64,000 bases of DNA from assembly GCA_018394315.1 (NCBI GenBank), contig CP074575.1, positions 1,334,615-1,398,614 on the forward strand, given 5' to 3'. Below, one piece after another: positions 11,902-23,387 of this stretch (the first letter of the stretch is position 1; each line of letters begins with the position of its first letter). Made by a program: the position numbers and the translations under genes. The notes beneath the pieces are model-generated. The model saw only the letters and a program-made list of their open reading frames with translations, had not been told where the DNA came from and did no database searches. Source of the DNA: Mycoplasmatota bacterium. GTDB taxonomy: Bacteria; Bacillota_I; Bacilli_A; MAG-NZ.

Positions 11902-12675
11902 TTGCATAATAGAGTTGAAATAACTGGTGTTGATACATCGAAATTACAGACACTTAAAAACAAAGAAATGATGGAACTACTAGTCAAGATTAAAGCAGGA
12001 GATAATGAAGCAAGAGAAAAACTAATAATAGGTAATATTAAATTAATTTTAAGTGTGTTAAAAAAATTTAATAATCGCGGTGAAAATCTAGATGATTTAT
12101 TTCAGGTTGGATGCGTTGGTTTGATAAAGGCAATTGATAACTTTGATATGAGTCATGGAGTTAGATTTTCTACATATGCAGTTCCAATGATTATAGGCGA
12201 AATTAGAAGATATCTAAGAGATTCTGGTTCTATTAGAGTAAGTAGATCATTAAAGGATATTGCATATAAATCTATTAAGATTAAAGAGAGATATTTGAGA
12301 GAGATATATAGAGAGCCAACAGTTAAAGAATTAGCTAAAGAGTTAGAAGTAGAAGAAATTGATGTAGTTATGGCTTTTGAGGCAATTCAAGAACCAATAA
12401 GTATGTTTACTCCGATTTATAATGACGGAGGAGACACAATACATCTAATTGATCAAATAAGAGATAAAATTGATACTGAAAATAAAAACATTGAAGAAAT
12501 AATGATTAAAGAGAGTTTAGAAAGACTTGAAAAAAGAGAGAAGTCTATTATAATGGAAAGATATTTCTTAGGAAAAACACAAATGGAAATTGCAGATGAA
12601 ATTGGTATATCTCAAGCTCAAGTATCAAGATTAGAAAAGTCAGCATTAAGGCATATGAGTGAGTACATAGGATAA
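11902..12675 (+). CDS. sigG: Sporulation sigma factor sigmaG
   Basis: VEITGVDTSKL, DDLFQVGC.GL.KAIDNFD, FSTYAVPMIIGEIRRYLRD, GISQAQVSRLEK. TTG 11902 follows RBS AGGGGGTG. Confidence 0.96.
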   Translation: MHNRVEITGVDTSKLQTLKNKEMMELLVKIKAGDNEAREKLIIGNIKLILSVLKKFNNRGENLDDLFQVGCVGLIKAIDNFDMSHGVRFSTYAVPMIIGEIRRYLRDSGSIRVSRSLKDIAYKSIKIKERYLREIYREPTVKELAKELEVEEIDVVMAFEAIQEPISMFTPIYNDGGDTIHLIDQIRDKIDTENKNIEEIMIKESLERLEKREKSIIMERYFLGKTQMEIADEIGISQAQVSRLEKSALRHMSEYIG

Positions 12676-12701
12676 AGTCATTCTCTGTAATGACTTTTTT
12701 T
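12674..12701 (+). terminator. Intrinsic terminator after sigG
   Basis: AAAGTCATT-ctctgt-AATGACTTT plus T-run. Confidence 0.7.
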
Positions 12702-12737
12702 CTTTAATTCTTCATATAATAACTAAGGGGGTATTTT

Positions 12738-13001
12738 ATGGGTAATTTTGTAGGAAAAATACTTTATAGTGATTTGCAAGACTTGGATGTTATTAATGTT
12801 GTTGATGGGTCAGTTTTAGGTACAATTTCTGATTTAGAAATTGACTCTACAACTGGTCGAATATGTACTATAACTGTTAAGTGTATGGGGAAATTATTAA
12901 AACTGCTTAATCCTGATAAGGGTATTATAATTCCATGGGATCAAATAATAAAAATTGGAGAGGATGTAATCATAGTAAATTATAATTGTTTGCTTAACTA
13001 A
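12738..13001 (+). CDS. ylmC: YlmC/YmxH PRC-barrel sporulation protein
   Basis: SDL...DVINV.DG..LG.I.DLEID, IPW.QI.KIGEDVI; follows sigG. Confidence 0.9.
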   Translation: MGNFVGKILYSDLQDLDVINVVDGSVLGTISDLEIDSTTGRICTITVKCMGKLLKLLNPDKGIIIPWDQIIKIGEDVIIVNYNCLLN

Positions 13002-13060
13002 CAAATACTTTCTGTGTTATAATAATATATAATGCCAATAAAAGGACATAAGGTGGTTGT

Positions 13061-13675
13061 ATGTTAGACAATAAATTTATAGAAAATATCAAGTTTGAAT
13101 ATCCTAAAGTGAATGTAATAGCGGTCACAAAATATGTAGATTACTTGGGAGTAATTGCTTTCAAGAATATTGGTATGCTCAACATTGGCGAAAATAGAGT
13201 TGAATCATTTTTGGACAAGTACGAGAAGGTTGATGGGGTTGTGTGGCACTTTATTGGTTCTTTACAAACAAAAAAAGTTAAAAAGATTATTGATAAGATT
13301 GATTATTTACATTCGCTAGATAGACTTAGTTTAGCTCTAGAAATTGAAAAAAGAGCTAAGAAGACTGTAAAATGCTTTATTCAGGTTAAAACTTCAGATG
13401 AAGAAACAAAACATGGACTAGCGGTTGATGAAGTTGGTGATTTTATTAATGAGGTTAGTAAACTTAAAAATATTGAGATTGTTGGTTTTATGACTATGGC
13501 ACCAGAAACAAATGATGAAGTAGTTTTAAGAAAATGTTTTAGTGAGATGAGAAAATTAAAAGATAAATATCCTTATGAAGAGTTATCGATGGGTATGAGT
13601 AATGATTATAAGATTGCTATAGATCACGGTGCTACATATGTAAGATTGGGAAGAATTTTATACGAAAGGGGATAA
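13061..13675 (+). CDS. yggS: PLP homeostasis protein YggS/YlmE
   Basis: IAVTKY, GENR, WHFIGSLQT.K, LSMGMSNDY..AI..GAT.VRLG. Confidence 0.95.
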   Translation: MLDNKFIENIKFEYPKVNVIAVTKYVDYLGVIAFKNIGMLNIGENRVESFLDKYEKVDGVVWHFIGSLQTKKVKKIIDKIDYLHSLDRLSLALEIEKRAKKTVKCFIQVKTSDEETKHGLAVDEVGDFINEVSKLKNIEIVGFMTMAPETNDEVVLRKCFSEMRKLKDKYPYEELSMGMSNDYKIAIDHGATYVRLGRILYERG

Positions 13676-13677
13676 AT

Positions 13678-14052
13678 ATGAGTATAATTAAGAAATTATT
13701 AGGCTATCCTGTAGATGATAAAGAACTTAAAGAAGAATACAGTAAAAGTGAAGATATCGAACAAAAGGATAAAGAAGCAAAAGATAAGATAATTTTTGAA
13801 AAGATGCTTGATACTTCAAAAGCTCAGGAATTAGCTGACAAACTAATTGAAGGATATCCTCTTGTGATAAACTTTGAGGATCTAGGAGTACATGAATCCA
13901 ATCAAATGATTGCATTTTTGTCTGGGGTTTCTTATACATTACAAGGAATAAATTTACAGATGACGAAAAAAATATTTATCTTTTCTAAAAGTGAGAATTT
14001 AGAAGATGGTTCAATAATGCATTTTTATAATCAATATAGAGAGGAAACATAA
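13678..14052 (+). CDS. sepF: Cell-division protein SepF
   Basis: Amphipathic N-terminus, AQELAD.L..G.P.VINF, FLSG..Y...G; lies between yggS and ylmG. Confidence 0.85.
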   Translation: MSIIKKLLGYPVDDKELKEEYSKSEDIEQKDKEAKDKIIFEKMLDTSKAQELADKLIEGYPLVINFEDLGVHESNQMIAFLSGVSYTLQGINLQMTKKIFIFSKSENLEDGSIMHFYNQYREET

Positions 14053-14053
14053 C

Positions 14054-14311
14054 ATGGAATTAGTTATAAGATTTATTATATATTTCTTAGTAGTTTATAG
14101 ATATTTGATTATTGCTTATGTAATAATGAGTTGGTTTCCGAACTTTGTTGGGAATCCATTTCATAAATTTTTATTTACTGTGTGTGAACCTTACATACAA
14201 AAGTTTAGAAGAATTATTCCACCCATTGCTGGTCTAGATTTTTCTCCTATTGTTGGTTTCTTGTTATTAAATTTTGCGATAAGTGGATTAGCGAGTATAC
14301 AAATTGCTTGA
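14054..14311 (+). CDS. ylmG: YggT/YlmG family membrane protein
   Basis: MSWFP, EPY...FRRIIPP.AGLDFSPI. Confidence 0.92.
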   Translation: MELVIRFIIYFLVVYRYLIIAYVIMSWFPNFVGNPFHKFLFTVCEPYIQKFRRIIPPIAGLDFSPIVGFLLLNFAISGLASIQIA

Positions 14312-15011
14312 GCATTTTAATAAAGAAGATCAAGAATTCGTTAAGAAAATTAGAAATCTTGAGGGTAAGAATTATTTAACAAAATTTTTAGATATTAACC
14401 AGCAAGATATTGTTGGAAGAATCATACCAAGTGCTATTTTTTACGGTGGATATGAAAAATCAGAGCTTAAGCGTGCAAGTTCAATCGGGTGTGATGATTT
14501 TAAGATTACTTGCTTTAAAATAGAATATGATAAAAGGTATGGGGAACTTAATCATAGAAATATTTTGGGAAGTGTTCTAAGTTTAGGTATTGAAAAGGAT
14601 AATATTGGAGATATTATTATAGGTGACGATATTCATATATTCGTTGCTTCAGAAATTGAAAGATATATTGAGCTTAATTTCATAGTGGTCGGTAAGATAA
14701 ATATCACTCTAATAAAGGTAGATGGTTCAAATTTAGTAAGAAATGATGATTATAAAGTCATAAAAGTAATTTTGAAGTCATTTAGACTTGATAATATTAT
14801 TTCCAGTGTATATAATTGTTCTAGAAACGAGTCGAAAAAGTTGATTAATAAGGGATTTGTCAGAGTAAATCATAAATTAATCGAGAGTGTATCATACATT
14901 GTAAAAAAAGATGACTTGATTTCTGTAAGAAAAAAAGGAAGATTTATTTTCCTTGAGGAAATGGGTATGACTAGAAAATCAAACTACTTCATATCTGTTG
15001 GTTTATATTAA
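14304..15011 (+). CDS. ylmH: YlmH S4-domain RNA-binding protein
   Basis: HR.ILGS.LSLGI....GDI, S4 motif RLD...G.V.VN...D.ISVR..GRF; synteny. Confidence 0.88.
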   Translation: MLEHFNKEDQEFVKKIRNLEGKNYLTKFLDINQQDIVGRIIPSAIFYGGYEKSELKRASSIGCDDFKITCFKIEYDKRYGELNHRNILGSVLSLGIEKDNIGDIIIGDDIHIFVASEIERYIELNFIVVGKINITLIKVDGSNLVRNDDYKVIKVILKSFRLDNIISSVYNCSRNESKKLINKGFVRVNHKLIESVSYIVKKDDLISVRKKGRFIFLEEMGMTRKSNYFISVGLY

Positions 15012-15222
15012 CGAAGATTAGGATAAGTAAATTACATAGTTTTTTATAGCGAGCTAGAGTCGGTGGAAGTCTAGTAAAAAGAAGTAATTTATATCACCTA
15101 TGAGTATTCTTGTGCAAAGTAAGAACGTATGTCCTACGATAGAGGATAGAGTGCATAACTTAAGTTATGAACTAAGGTGGTACCGCGTTATTAACGTCCT
15201 TAGATTTTCTAAGGATTTTTTA
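15012..15222 (+). promoter_or_regulatory. T-box riboswitch (Ile) leader of ileS
   Basis: AGTA and GGTGGAA stem-I motifs, candidate specifier ATC (Ile) at 15093-15095, T-box AAGGTGGTACCGCG at 15174-15187, terminator TCCTTAGA-ttt-TCTAAGGA plus T-run. Confidence 0.92.
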
Positions 15223-15285
15223 TTTATATACATTTTTAAATGCATATTTACGTTAAAGATAAAAAGAAGATTTTGGAGGAAAAAT

Positions 15286-17991
15286 ATGAAAGAACTAAAA
15301 GACACACTTTTAATGCCTAAAACCGATTTTCCTATGAGAGGAAATTTAGGTAAGAGAGAAGTAGAATTTCAAAAACATTGGAATGAGATAAATCTTTATG
15401 ATGAAATTTTGAAGAAAAATGAAGGTAAGCCAAATTATATATTACATGATGGGCCGCCATATGCAAATGGTGATATTCACATGGGACATGCTTTAAACAA
15501 GGTCTTAAAAGATTTCGTGGTAAGGTATAAAAATATGAGTGGTTTCTTGGCGCCTTATACTCCTGGTTGGGATACACATGGTTTACCCATAGAAAATGCG
15601 CTTACTAAGGTTAAAAAAGTTAACCGTAAAGCTTTACCAATAAGTGAGTTCAGAAAGTTATGTCAGACATATGCTGAAGAACAAGTTCAAAAACAAAAGG
15701 AACAATTTAAGCGTTTAGGGGTTATTGGTGATTGGGACAATCCATATGTAACATATCAACCTGAGTTCGAAAGATTACAATTAAAAGCTTTTGCAAAAAT
15801 GGTGGAAAAAGGATTAGTATATAAAGGACTAAAGCCAGTATATTGGTCACCATCAAGTGAGTCAGCACTCGCTGAAGCTGAAATTGAGTATCACGATCAT
15901 AAATCTCCAAGTATTTATGTTGCGATGCCTGTTGTTGATGGATTAGGTTTAATAGAAAATGCAGAGTTTATTATTTGGACAACAACTCCTTGGACAATTC
16001 CTGCGAATTTAGCTATTTGTGTGGGAGCGAAGTTTGAGTATGTGGTAGTTAATGTTTTAGATAGAAAATTTGTTGTAGGAAAAGAATTATTAGATGTAGT
16101 AAAAGATGAATTGAAGTGGGATAGTTATGAAATTATTAATGAATTTACGGGTAAAGACTTAGAAGGTATGTCATATAAACATCCCCTATATGACAGAGTT
16201 TCTCCTGTAATTTTAGGTGATCATGTTACTACTGAAGGAGGAACTGGATTAGTTCACACTGCACCAGGTCACGGACAAGATGACTTTATCGTTGGTAAAC
16301 AAAACGGACTTGAAATATATTGTCCAGTAGATGGACGAGGGTATTTAGATGATTCTACTGGATTTGGAGGAATGTTTGTAGAAGATGCTAACAAAGAAAT
16401 TGGAATGGCTTTAGAAGAAAAAGGTGCCTTATTGGCTCTTAAATTCATTAAACATAGTTATCCGCATGACTGGAGAACAAGAAAACCAATTATCTTTAGA
16501 GCAACTGAACAGTGGTTTGCTTCAATAGAAAACATGAAAGAGGATTTACTAGAAGCAGTTAGTGATACTGAATGGTTCCCTAAGTGGGGAGAACTTAGAA
16601 TGACTAATATGATTAAAGATAGAGAAGAATGGTGTATTTCTAGACAAAGAGTGTGGGGTGTACCAATTCCAGCTTTCTATGCTGAAGATGGTACTAGTAT
16701 CTTAGATGTTGACGTTATTAATCATGTAGCAGAGTTGTTTGGAGAGTTAGGTTCAAACGTATGGTTTGAAAGAGAAGCTAAGGACTTACTCCCAAAAGGA
16801 TTCACTCATCCAGGTTCACCAAATGGTGTTTTCAAAAAAGAAACGGATATTATGGATGTATGGTTTGATTCAGGAACTTCACACCAAGGTGGATTAGTTC
16901 CATTTGGAAATTCAGGTCAGGCTGACCTTTACTTAGAAGGAAGTGACCAATATCGTGGTTGGTTTAATTCCTCGCTTTCAACAAGTGTAGCTATGTTTGG
17001 AAGAGCACCATATAAGACTGTTGTCTCTCACGGGTTTATTAATGATGGAGATGGCCGTAAGATGAGTAAATCTATGGGTAACGGTATCGATCCAATAAAA
17101 TTGATGAGTCAAATGGGTGCTGATATTTTACGTATGTGGGTAGCAAGTGTTGACTATCAATCTGACGTAAGAATTTCAAATGAAATGATGAAACAAGTTT
17201 CAGAAGGTTATAGAAAAATTAGGAATACATATAGATTTTTACTAGGTAATTTAAATGACTATGATAATAATTTAAATAAAATTGAGTATGATAATTTAAG
17301 AGAAGTTGATCAGTATGTAGTAGTTAAATTAAATGATTTGGTAAGGGATGTAATAGATGCATATGAGAGATTTGCTTTTGATGAAGTTTACCGTAAATTA
17401 ACTAACTTTGTTACTTTCTTATCAGGATTCTATATGGATTTTACAAAAGACATCTTGTATATCGAAAAAGAAAATTCACATTCTAGAAGATGCGTACAAA
17501 CAGTATTTTATGAAGTAGTTGATTCCTTAATAAGATTACTTACTCCGATATTACCTCATACTGCTGATGAAGCTTATACGTATTTACCTGGGAAAACTGA
17601 GCGTAATTCGCAGTTATTAGAAATGCCTGTTGTTAAAGATCTTGATGAGAGTGTTATAAGTAAATTTGATAAATTTATGAGTATTAGAAATGATGTACTT
17701 AAGGCTTTAGAAGAAGCAAGAAACAAAAAGGTTATTGGTAAGAGTTTCCAAGCTCATTTAATCTTATATCCTGATTCTAATACAAAAGAGTTACTAGAGT
17801 CACTTAATGCAAACTTGCAACAAATATTAATTGTTTCTAAGCTAGATATTGCTACTGGAACTGGTGAATACAAGTTTGAGGGTCTTAGCATAGATGTTAA
17901 GTCAGCTAATGGGCATACATGCGCAAGATGTTGGCAAGTTGTAGATGACGTTGAAGATGAAGTCTGTCCAAGATGTGCTGAGATAATTTAG
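15286..17991 (+). CDS. ileS: Isoleucine--tRNA ligase
   Basis: [20 protein letters not shown]-terminal CARCW..CPRC. Start set at ATG 15286 after GGAGG. Confidence 0.98.
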   Translation: MKELKDTLLMPKTDFPMRGNLGKREVEFQKHWNEINLYDEILKKNEGKPNYILHDGPPYANGDIHMGHALNKVLKDFVVRYKNMSGFLAPYTPGWDTHGLPIENALTKVKKVNRKALPISEFRKLCQTYAEEQVQKQKEQFKRLGVIGDWDNPYVTYQPEFERLQLKAFAKMVEKGLVYKGLKPVYWSPSSESALAEAEIEYHDHKSPSIYVAMPVVDGLGLIENAEFIIWTTTPWTIPANLAICVGAKFEYVVVNVLDRKFVVGKELLDVVKDELKWDSYEIINEFTGKDLEGMSYKHPLYDRVSPVILGDHVTTEGGTGLVHTAPGHGQDDFIVGKQNGLEIYCPVDGRGYLDDSTGFGGMFVEDANKEIGMALEEKGALLALKFIKHSYPHDWRTRKPIIFRATEQWFASIENMKEDLLEAVSDTEWFPKWGELRMTNMIKDREEWCISRQRVWGVPIPAFYAEDGTSILDVDVINHVAELFGELGSNVWFEREAKDLLPKGFTHPGSPNGVFKKETDIMDVWFDSGTSHQGGLVPFGNSGQADLYLEGSDQYRGWFNSSLSTSVAMFGRAPYKTVVSHGFINDGDGRKMSKSMGNGIDPIKLMSQMGADILRMWVASVDYQSDVRISNEMMKQVSEGYRKIRNTYRFLLGNLNDYDNNLNKIEYDNLREVDQYVVVKLNDLVRDVIDAYERFAFDEVYRKLTNFVTFLSGFYMDFTKDILYIEKENSHSRRCVQTVFYEVVDSLIRLLTPILPHTADEAYTYLPGKTERNSQLLEMPVVKDLDESVISKFDKFMSIRNDVLKALEEARNKKVIGKSFQAHLILYPDSNTKELLESLNANLQQILIVSKLDIATGTGEYKFEGLSIDVKSANGHTCARCWQVVDDVEDEVCPRCAEII

Positions 17992-18145
17992 TTTAATTTA
18001 TCACAAATTAAGAACACTAAAAAGCGTTTTCATTTATTTAGATTATATGGTTTATGCTATAATTAACATGTAAAAAAATGTTTGATTTATGAGGATTTTT
18101 AGTGAAAAAATTGAAGAAAACAAACAAAAATAAAGGAGAATTAAA

Positions 18146-20755
18146 ATGAGTAAATTTGTTTATTTCGTTACTGAAGGTAAGAAGGAGATGAAAAGCCTGC
18201 TTGGTGGTAAAGGTGCGAATCTAGCAGAAATGTATAATATTGGATTACCTGTACCAGAAACTTTCACAGTTACAACTGAGGCGTGCTTAAAATTCTACGA
18301 TGATGACAAAGTAATTGCTGATGAAATTAAAGAAGAAATCTTTGAAAACTTGAAAAAGTTAGAAGAGGTATCTGGAAAAACATTTGGAGATTTAGAGAAT
18401 CCATTATTACTATCTATTCGTTCTGGAGCTGTAGTATCATTACCTGGAATGATGGATACAGTATTGAATTTAGGACTAAATGATGCTACAGCTGAAGCAT
18501 TTAGCGCTAAAACTGGTAAACCTGTATTCGTTTATGAACTTTATAGAAGATTCATTGAAATGTTCTCAGATGTAGTGTTAGGAATTAGTAGACATGCATT
18601 TGATGCTTTAGTGGAAGAAGTTAAATCTTCTAAAGGTTATAAAGATACCAATGAGTTTAAACTAGATGATCAATTAAGTACTATCGAGAAATTCAAAGCT
18701 ATCGTTAAAAAAGAAAGAGGAATTGATTTCCCTCAAGATCCAAAAGAACAATTATTACTTGCTGTCGAAGCAGTATTTAGTTCTTGGAACAATGATAGAG
18801 CTATCACTTATAGAAATTTACAAGGAATTCCTCATTCATTAGGGACTGCAGTAAATGTTCAAATGATGGTGTTCGGTAACACTAATGATCAATCAGGTAC
18901 TGGAGTTGCATTTACAAGAAACCCATCTAACGGAAATAAAGAAATTTATGGTGAGTACCTAATAAACGCACAAGGTGAAGACATTGTAGCAGGAATTAGA
19001 ACACCTCAACATATTTCAGAGTTACAACAAGCAATGCCTGAAATTTACAATCAATTTACAGATATTTGTGAAACATTAGAAAAACATTATCAAGATATGC
19101 AAGATGTTGAGTTTACTATTGAAGATGGTAAATTATACATGTTACAAACTCGTAACGGTAAACGTACTGCAAGTGCTGCAATCAAAATTGCTGCTGACTT
19201 TGTAAACGAAGGTTTATCAAATAAAGAAAAAGCATTAATGAGTATTGACGTAAACTATATTGAAAAATTGTTACATCCAACATTTGATACAGCTGAATTA
19301 GCTTCTGCGACTCCAATCGGTGCTGCTTTACCAGCTTCACCAGGTGCTGCAACAGGTAAAATATGCTTAACGAGTCAAAAAGTTGTTGAATTAGAAAAAG
19401 CTGGAGAAAAAGGATTATTAGTACGTGTTGAAACTTCTCCAGAAGATATCGAAGGTATGGCTGCTTCAGCTGGTATATTAACAGCTGTTGGTGGAGCAAC
19501 TTCACATGCTGCTGTAGTTGCACGTGGTATGGGTATTTGCTGTATTTCTGGTATGGGTGAATTAAGAATTGATGAAGTTAACAGTACAATTACAATCGGG
19601 GACCAAACATATAATGAAGGTGATTACTTATCATTAGATGGTGAAACAGGTAAAGTGTACGCTGGTCAAATTAAGACTCAAGAAGCTGAAATCACAGATG
19701 ATTTCGCAAGAGTAATTGAGTGGAGTGAGGAAATTAAAAATTTATCAATTTATGCAAATGCAGACACTCCAAAAGATTTCCAAAAAGCTATTGAGTTAGG
19801 AGCAAAAGGTATTGGTTTATGTAGAACTGAACATATGTTCTTTGAAGGCGATAAAATCACTTCAGTACGTAAAATGATCTTAGCTGCAAATAAAGAGCAA
19901 AGAGAAGCTGCATTATCTGAATTATTACCATATCAATATGAAGATTTCAAAAATATATTTACTGTTGCACCAGATTATAAAATTTCAATTCGTTTATTAG
20001 ATCCACCTTTACATGAGTTCTTACCTCATAGTAAAGAAGATATTGAAGTCTTAGCTAAAAATATGGGTGTAACTTATGAAGTATTAGCTCAAAAAGTACA
20101 AGAATTAAAAGAGTTCAACCCAATGCTAGGACACCGTGGATGTCGTTTAGCAATCACTTATCCAGAGATTTACTTAATGCAAACTGAAGCTATCGTATCT
20201 GCTGCATGTGATGCTAATGCAAAAGCTGCCGAGATTATGGTTCCATTAATTGGTGAAGCTAAAGAATACGAATACTTGAAAGAATTAATCGACACTAAGA
20301 TGGAAGAAGTATTCAGTGCTAAAGGTAAGAGAGTTCCAATTAAAGTTGGTACAATGATCGAAATTCCAAGAGCTTGTTTCGTTGCTGGTGATATTGCTAA
20401 GAATGCTGATTTCTTTAGTTATGGTACAAACGACTTAACACAAATGACATTTGGTTTTTCAAGAGATGACGCTACTAAATTCCTAGGGGAATACCAAGAT
20501 AAACAATTATTAGAAGCTGATCCATTCAAAACTGTAGATGTTCCTGCTGTTGGTTCATTAGTACAAATGGCTGCTGAAAAAGGTAGAGTTACTAATCCAG
20601 AATTAATCCGTGGTGTATGTGGAGAGCATGGTGGAGATCCTAAGTCGATTACTTACTTTGATTCAATTGATTTAGATTACGTATCTTGTTCACCATTCCG
20701 TGTACCAGTTGCAATAGTAGCAGCTGCTCAAGCCGTAATTGTTAACAGTAAGTAG
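18146..20755 (+). CDS. ppdK: Pyruvate, phosphate dikinase
   Basis: LLGGKGANLAEM, PGMMDTVLNLG, GGATSHAAVVARG, GIGLCRTEHMF, CGEHGGDP. Confidence 0.98.
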   Translation: MSKFVYFVTEGKKEMKSLLGGKGANLAEMYNIGLPVPETFTVTTEACLKFYDDDKVIADEIKEEIFENLKKLEEVSGKTFGDLENPLLLSIRSGAVVSLPGMMDTVLNLGLNDATAEAFSAKTGKPVFVYELYRRFIEMFSDVVLGISRHAFDALVEEVKSSKGYKDTNEFKLDDQLSTIEKFKAIVKKERGIDFPQDPKEQLLLAVEAVFSSWNNDRAITYRNLQGIPHSLGTAVNVQMMVFGNTNDQSGTGVAFTRNPSNGNKEIYGEYLINAQGEDIVAGIRTPQHISELQQAMPEIYNQFTDICETLEKHYQDMQDVEFTIEDGKLYMLQTRNGKRTASAAIKIAADFVNEGLSNKEKALMSIDVNYIEKLLHPTFDTAELASATPIGAALPASPGAATGKICLTSQKVVELEKAGEKGLLVRVETSPEDIEGMAASAGILTAVGGATSHAAVVARGMGICCISGMGELRIDEVNSTITIGDQTYNEGDYLSLDGETGKVYAGQIKTQEAEITDDFARVIEWSEEIKNLSIYANADTPKDFQKAIELGAKGIGLCRTEHMFFEGDKITSVRKMILAANKEQREAALSELLPYQYEDFKNIFTVAPDYKISIRLLDPPLHEFLPHSKEDIEVLAKNMGVTYEVLAQKVQELKEFNPMLGHRGCRLAITYPEIYLMQTEAIVSAACDANAKAAEIMVPLIGEAKEYEYLKELIDTKMEEVFSAKGKRVPIKVGTMIEIPRACFVAGDIAKNADFFSYGTNDLTQMTFGFSRDDATKFLGEYQDKQLLEADPFKTVDVPAVGSLVQMAAEKGRVTNPELIRGVCGEHGGDPKSITYFDSIDLDYVSCSPFRVPVAIVAAAQAVIVNSK

Positions 20756-20774
20756 CATTCAAATATAAGTTTTT

Positions 20775-20802
20775 AAAAAAGAGTCGAATTGACTCTTTTT
20801 TT
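20775..20802 (+). terminator. Intrinsic terminator after ppdK
   Basis: AAAAAAGAGTC-gaatt-GACTCTTTTTT. Confidence 0.8.
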
Positions 20803-20855
20803 ATTGTAAAAATATAGAAATAGGAGTAATATAGATAATGGAATGAGGAAAAGAT

Positions 20856-22208
20856 ATGACTAAAGATGAGAAGAAATCGCATATTATACTAAAAGATAAG
20901 AAAATTTATAGGGGGATTTTTTTACTATCTGTTCCCTTAATGTTTAATAATGTTTTAAAGTCGCTTCATGATATTGTTGATATGTATTTTGTAAGAAATT
21001 TAGGAACAGGTTCTGTTTCGAGTATCTCAATTACATGGAGCATGATTTTTATGTTTTTAGCTTTTAGCTTTGGTCTTGGTGCAGCTGGTACTACTTTTGT
21101 TAGTCAGTATTTAGGTGCAAATAATAAGAAAATGGCTAAACACACAGCTGGACAACTGTTAATTCTAGCTATTTTGTTAGGAATAATATTTAATTTAGTA
21201 TTATACTTTTTAGGGCCGTACTTACTTGTTTGGTCCGGTGCTGAAGGAAATGTACTAGAAAATGCTTCTTCATATTTAAGAATAAGATCGTTCGAAATGT
21301 TACCTTTGTTTGTATTTGTAGTTTATACTTCAATAAGGCAATCTTCAGGCGACACCATTAGCCCAGTCATATTAAATATTATTGCAGTTATTCTTAATAC
21401 AATATTATCGCCTATTTTTATAGCTGTGTTAGGGTTTGGAGTTGCGGGAGCTGCTTATGCAACGATAATCGCAAATTATATAATATTTCCCGTATCATTA
21501 CATTACTTGTTCTTTGCAAAAACAGGTGTTAAAATTAGCTTGACAGATGTAATTCCTAATAAAAAAATGATATATGAAATATTTAAGATCGCTATACCCA
21601 GTAGTTTAGCTAATACCATTACTTCGATCGGTTTTATGATTATTAATAGTATAATTATAAGAGAATTTGGTAAGGTAACGTTTGACGCATTTGGTGTAGG
21701 TAATCGAATTAATTCACTTACATTATTACCAGTTATTAGTATTGGTACTGTATTATCAACATATATAGGTCAAAACGTTGGGTCTAGACAACCAGAAAGA
21801 GCTAAGTTAGTCTTTAAAAAGTCGGTTATATTTACCTTATTGTTTGTATCTTTAGGAATGGCTCTTATATTACCGTTTAGAGAGTCAATTATTAGAGTTT
21901 TCTTAGTTAACCCAGATTCAGTTAAACTTTGCAAAGAATACATTTTATACTTAACGTTGACTCTTCCTTTCTTTGCGATATTTCAGTTGTTACTTGGATT
22001 ATTTAGAGGATTAGGAAATGTGAGATATTTACTTATCCTAAGTTTAACTAGGTTATGGGGATTAAGATTACCGATGATTACAATACTAGTTTATATTTTT
22101 AGTTTTAGAGAAAGTGGCGTGTGGCATGCGATGTGGGTAAGTAATATTTTTGCAGTACTTATAGGCTCATACCTTTTCAAGAGAACAAAATTTAAGGCAC
22201 GCATATAA
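20856..22208 (+). CDS. MATE family efflux transporter
   Basis: About 12 TMs; VD.YFV..LG, SQYLGA, GDT.SP, GVAGAA.AT, GQNVG. Confidence 0.92.
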   Translation: MTKDEKKSHIILKDKKIYRGIFLLSVPLMFNNVLKSLHDIVDMYFVRNLGTGSVSSISITWSMIFMFLAFSFGLGAAGTTFVSQYLGANNKKMAKHTAGQLLILAILLGIIFNLVLYFLGPYLLVWSGAEGNVLENASSYLRIRSFEMLPLFVFVVYTSIRQSSGDTISPVILNIIAVILNTILSPIFIAVLGFGVAGAAYATIIANYIIFPVSLHYLFFAKTGVKISLTDVIPNKKMIYEIFKIAIPSSLANTITSIGFMIINSIIIREFGKVTFDAFGVGNRINSLTLLPVISIGTVLSTYIGQNVGSRQPERAKLVFKKSVIFTLLFVSLGMALILPFRESIIRVFLVNPDSVKLCKEYILYLTLTLPFFAIFQLLLGLFRGLGNVRYLLILSLTRLWGLRLPMITILVYIFSFRESGVWHAMWVSNIFAVLIGSYLFKRTKFKARI

Positions 22209-22214
22209 AAAAAC

Positions 22215-23387
22215 ATGAATGCTTATAAAAAGAACATATTTTTAGATTATGCTCAAACTTTTACTCGAAACTTCAACTTGACTCATGGAATTTGGCTTAT
22301 TTTTTTGAGGCTAAAGGGTTTTACTTATTTAGAGATAGGTATGGTTGAGGGGATTTTTCATGCAACATCATTAACAATGGAAATTCCTACAGGAGTAATT
22401 GCTGATCTATTTGGTAGAAAATTCAGTAGACTACTGGGTATTTTACTATATATTTTATATTTGCTCTTAATGTTATTTGGAAATAACTTATTAATGATTT
22501 CAATAGCGTTTATACTTTGTGGATTATCTTATACCTTAGAGTCTGGAGCGGGTGACGCTTTAGTTTACGACTCGTTAATTGAGATTGGTGAGGCAAAGAA
22601 TTATTCTAAAGTTAATAGTATAAAAGAAGTATTCTATCAACTTGGAACAATGTTATCTTTGTTAATAGGAGGATATATAGCAACTCAGAATTATGATTTA
22701 GTTTTTAAATTAGCAATATTAATAGCGTTTATTACATTTATAATTATATATAAAATGAGAGAGACTAAAGTTGATAGAGTTATTGTAAGTACTTCATTCA
22801 AAAAGAAGTTTAAAGCACAATATATAGATAGTATTAGATATATATTTTCTAATAAGAGGCTTAGATTTTTAATAGTAATATCTAGCTTATTTACATTTCC
22901 TGTTACATTAGTTTTTTTCTACTCGCAAAACCATTTTACTGAGTTAGGATACTCACCTTTTGATGTAGGTTTTTTTCTTAGCTTACACTCTGCTTTTGCA
23001 ATTATAGGTGCATTATTAGTATCCAAAATACTTAAGACCTTTAATGAAAGGATGATTTTATTGTTGTTACCTATTGTAGAAATAATATTACTTTGGTTAA
23101 TGATTACAGATTATTCATATATTCCATTCATAATTTTAGGAGCAGTTGAAAGTATCTTTTATGTTATAATGCTTGATTATATAAACAAAATTATCCCTTC
23201 AAATAAGAGAGCCACAATTTTATCAATGAGTGGTATGATTTTCAGCATATTAATGATTTTGATCTTTCCATTGGTTGGTTTGATTTCTGACCATTATTCA
23301 TTTACCTATGGATTTATTTTTAATGCATCGATTATCACAATCGGTTACATTATTTATATACTAAACTATAGGAAATTAAATGCTTAA
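22215..23387 (+). CDS. MFS transporter
   Basis: EIPTG.IADLFGRK motif A, SGA.DAL.YDSL, RATILS. Confidence 0.9.
   Translation: MNAYKKNIFLDYAQTFTRNFNLTHGIWLIFLRLKGFTYLEIGMVEGIFHATSLTMEIPTGVIADLFGRKFSRLLGILLYILYLLLMLFGNNLLMISIAFILCGLSYTLESGAGDALVYDSLIEIGEAKNYSKVNSIKEVFYQLGTMLSLLIGGYIATQNYDLVFKLAILIAFITFIIIYKMRETKVDRVIVSTSFKKKFKAQYIDSIRYIFSNKRLRFLIVISSLFTFPVTLVFFYSQNHFTELGYSPFDVGFFLSLHSAFAIIGALLVSKILKTFNERMILLLLPIVEIILLWLMITDYSYIPFIILGAVESIFYVIMLDYINKIIPSNKRATILSMSGMIFSILMILIFPLVGLISDHYSFTYGFIFNASIITIGYIIYILNYRKLNA

Noticed and set aside
15100..15285. 62-aa N-terminal extension of IleS in the ORF track
   Set aside because: It overlaps the T-box leader and terminator. The RBS and the conserved IleS N-terminus point to ATG 15286.
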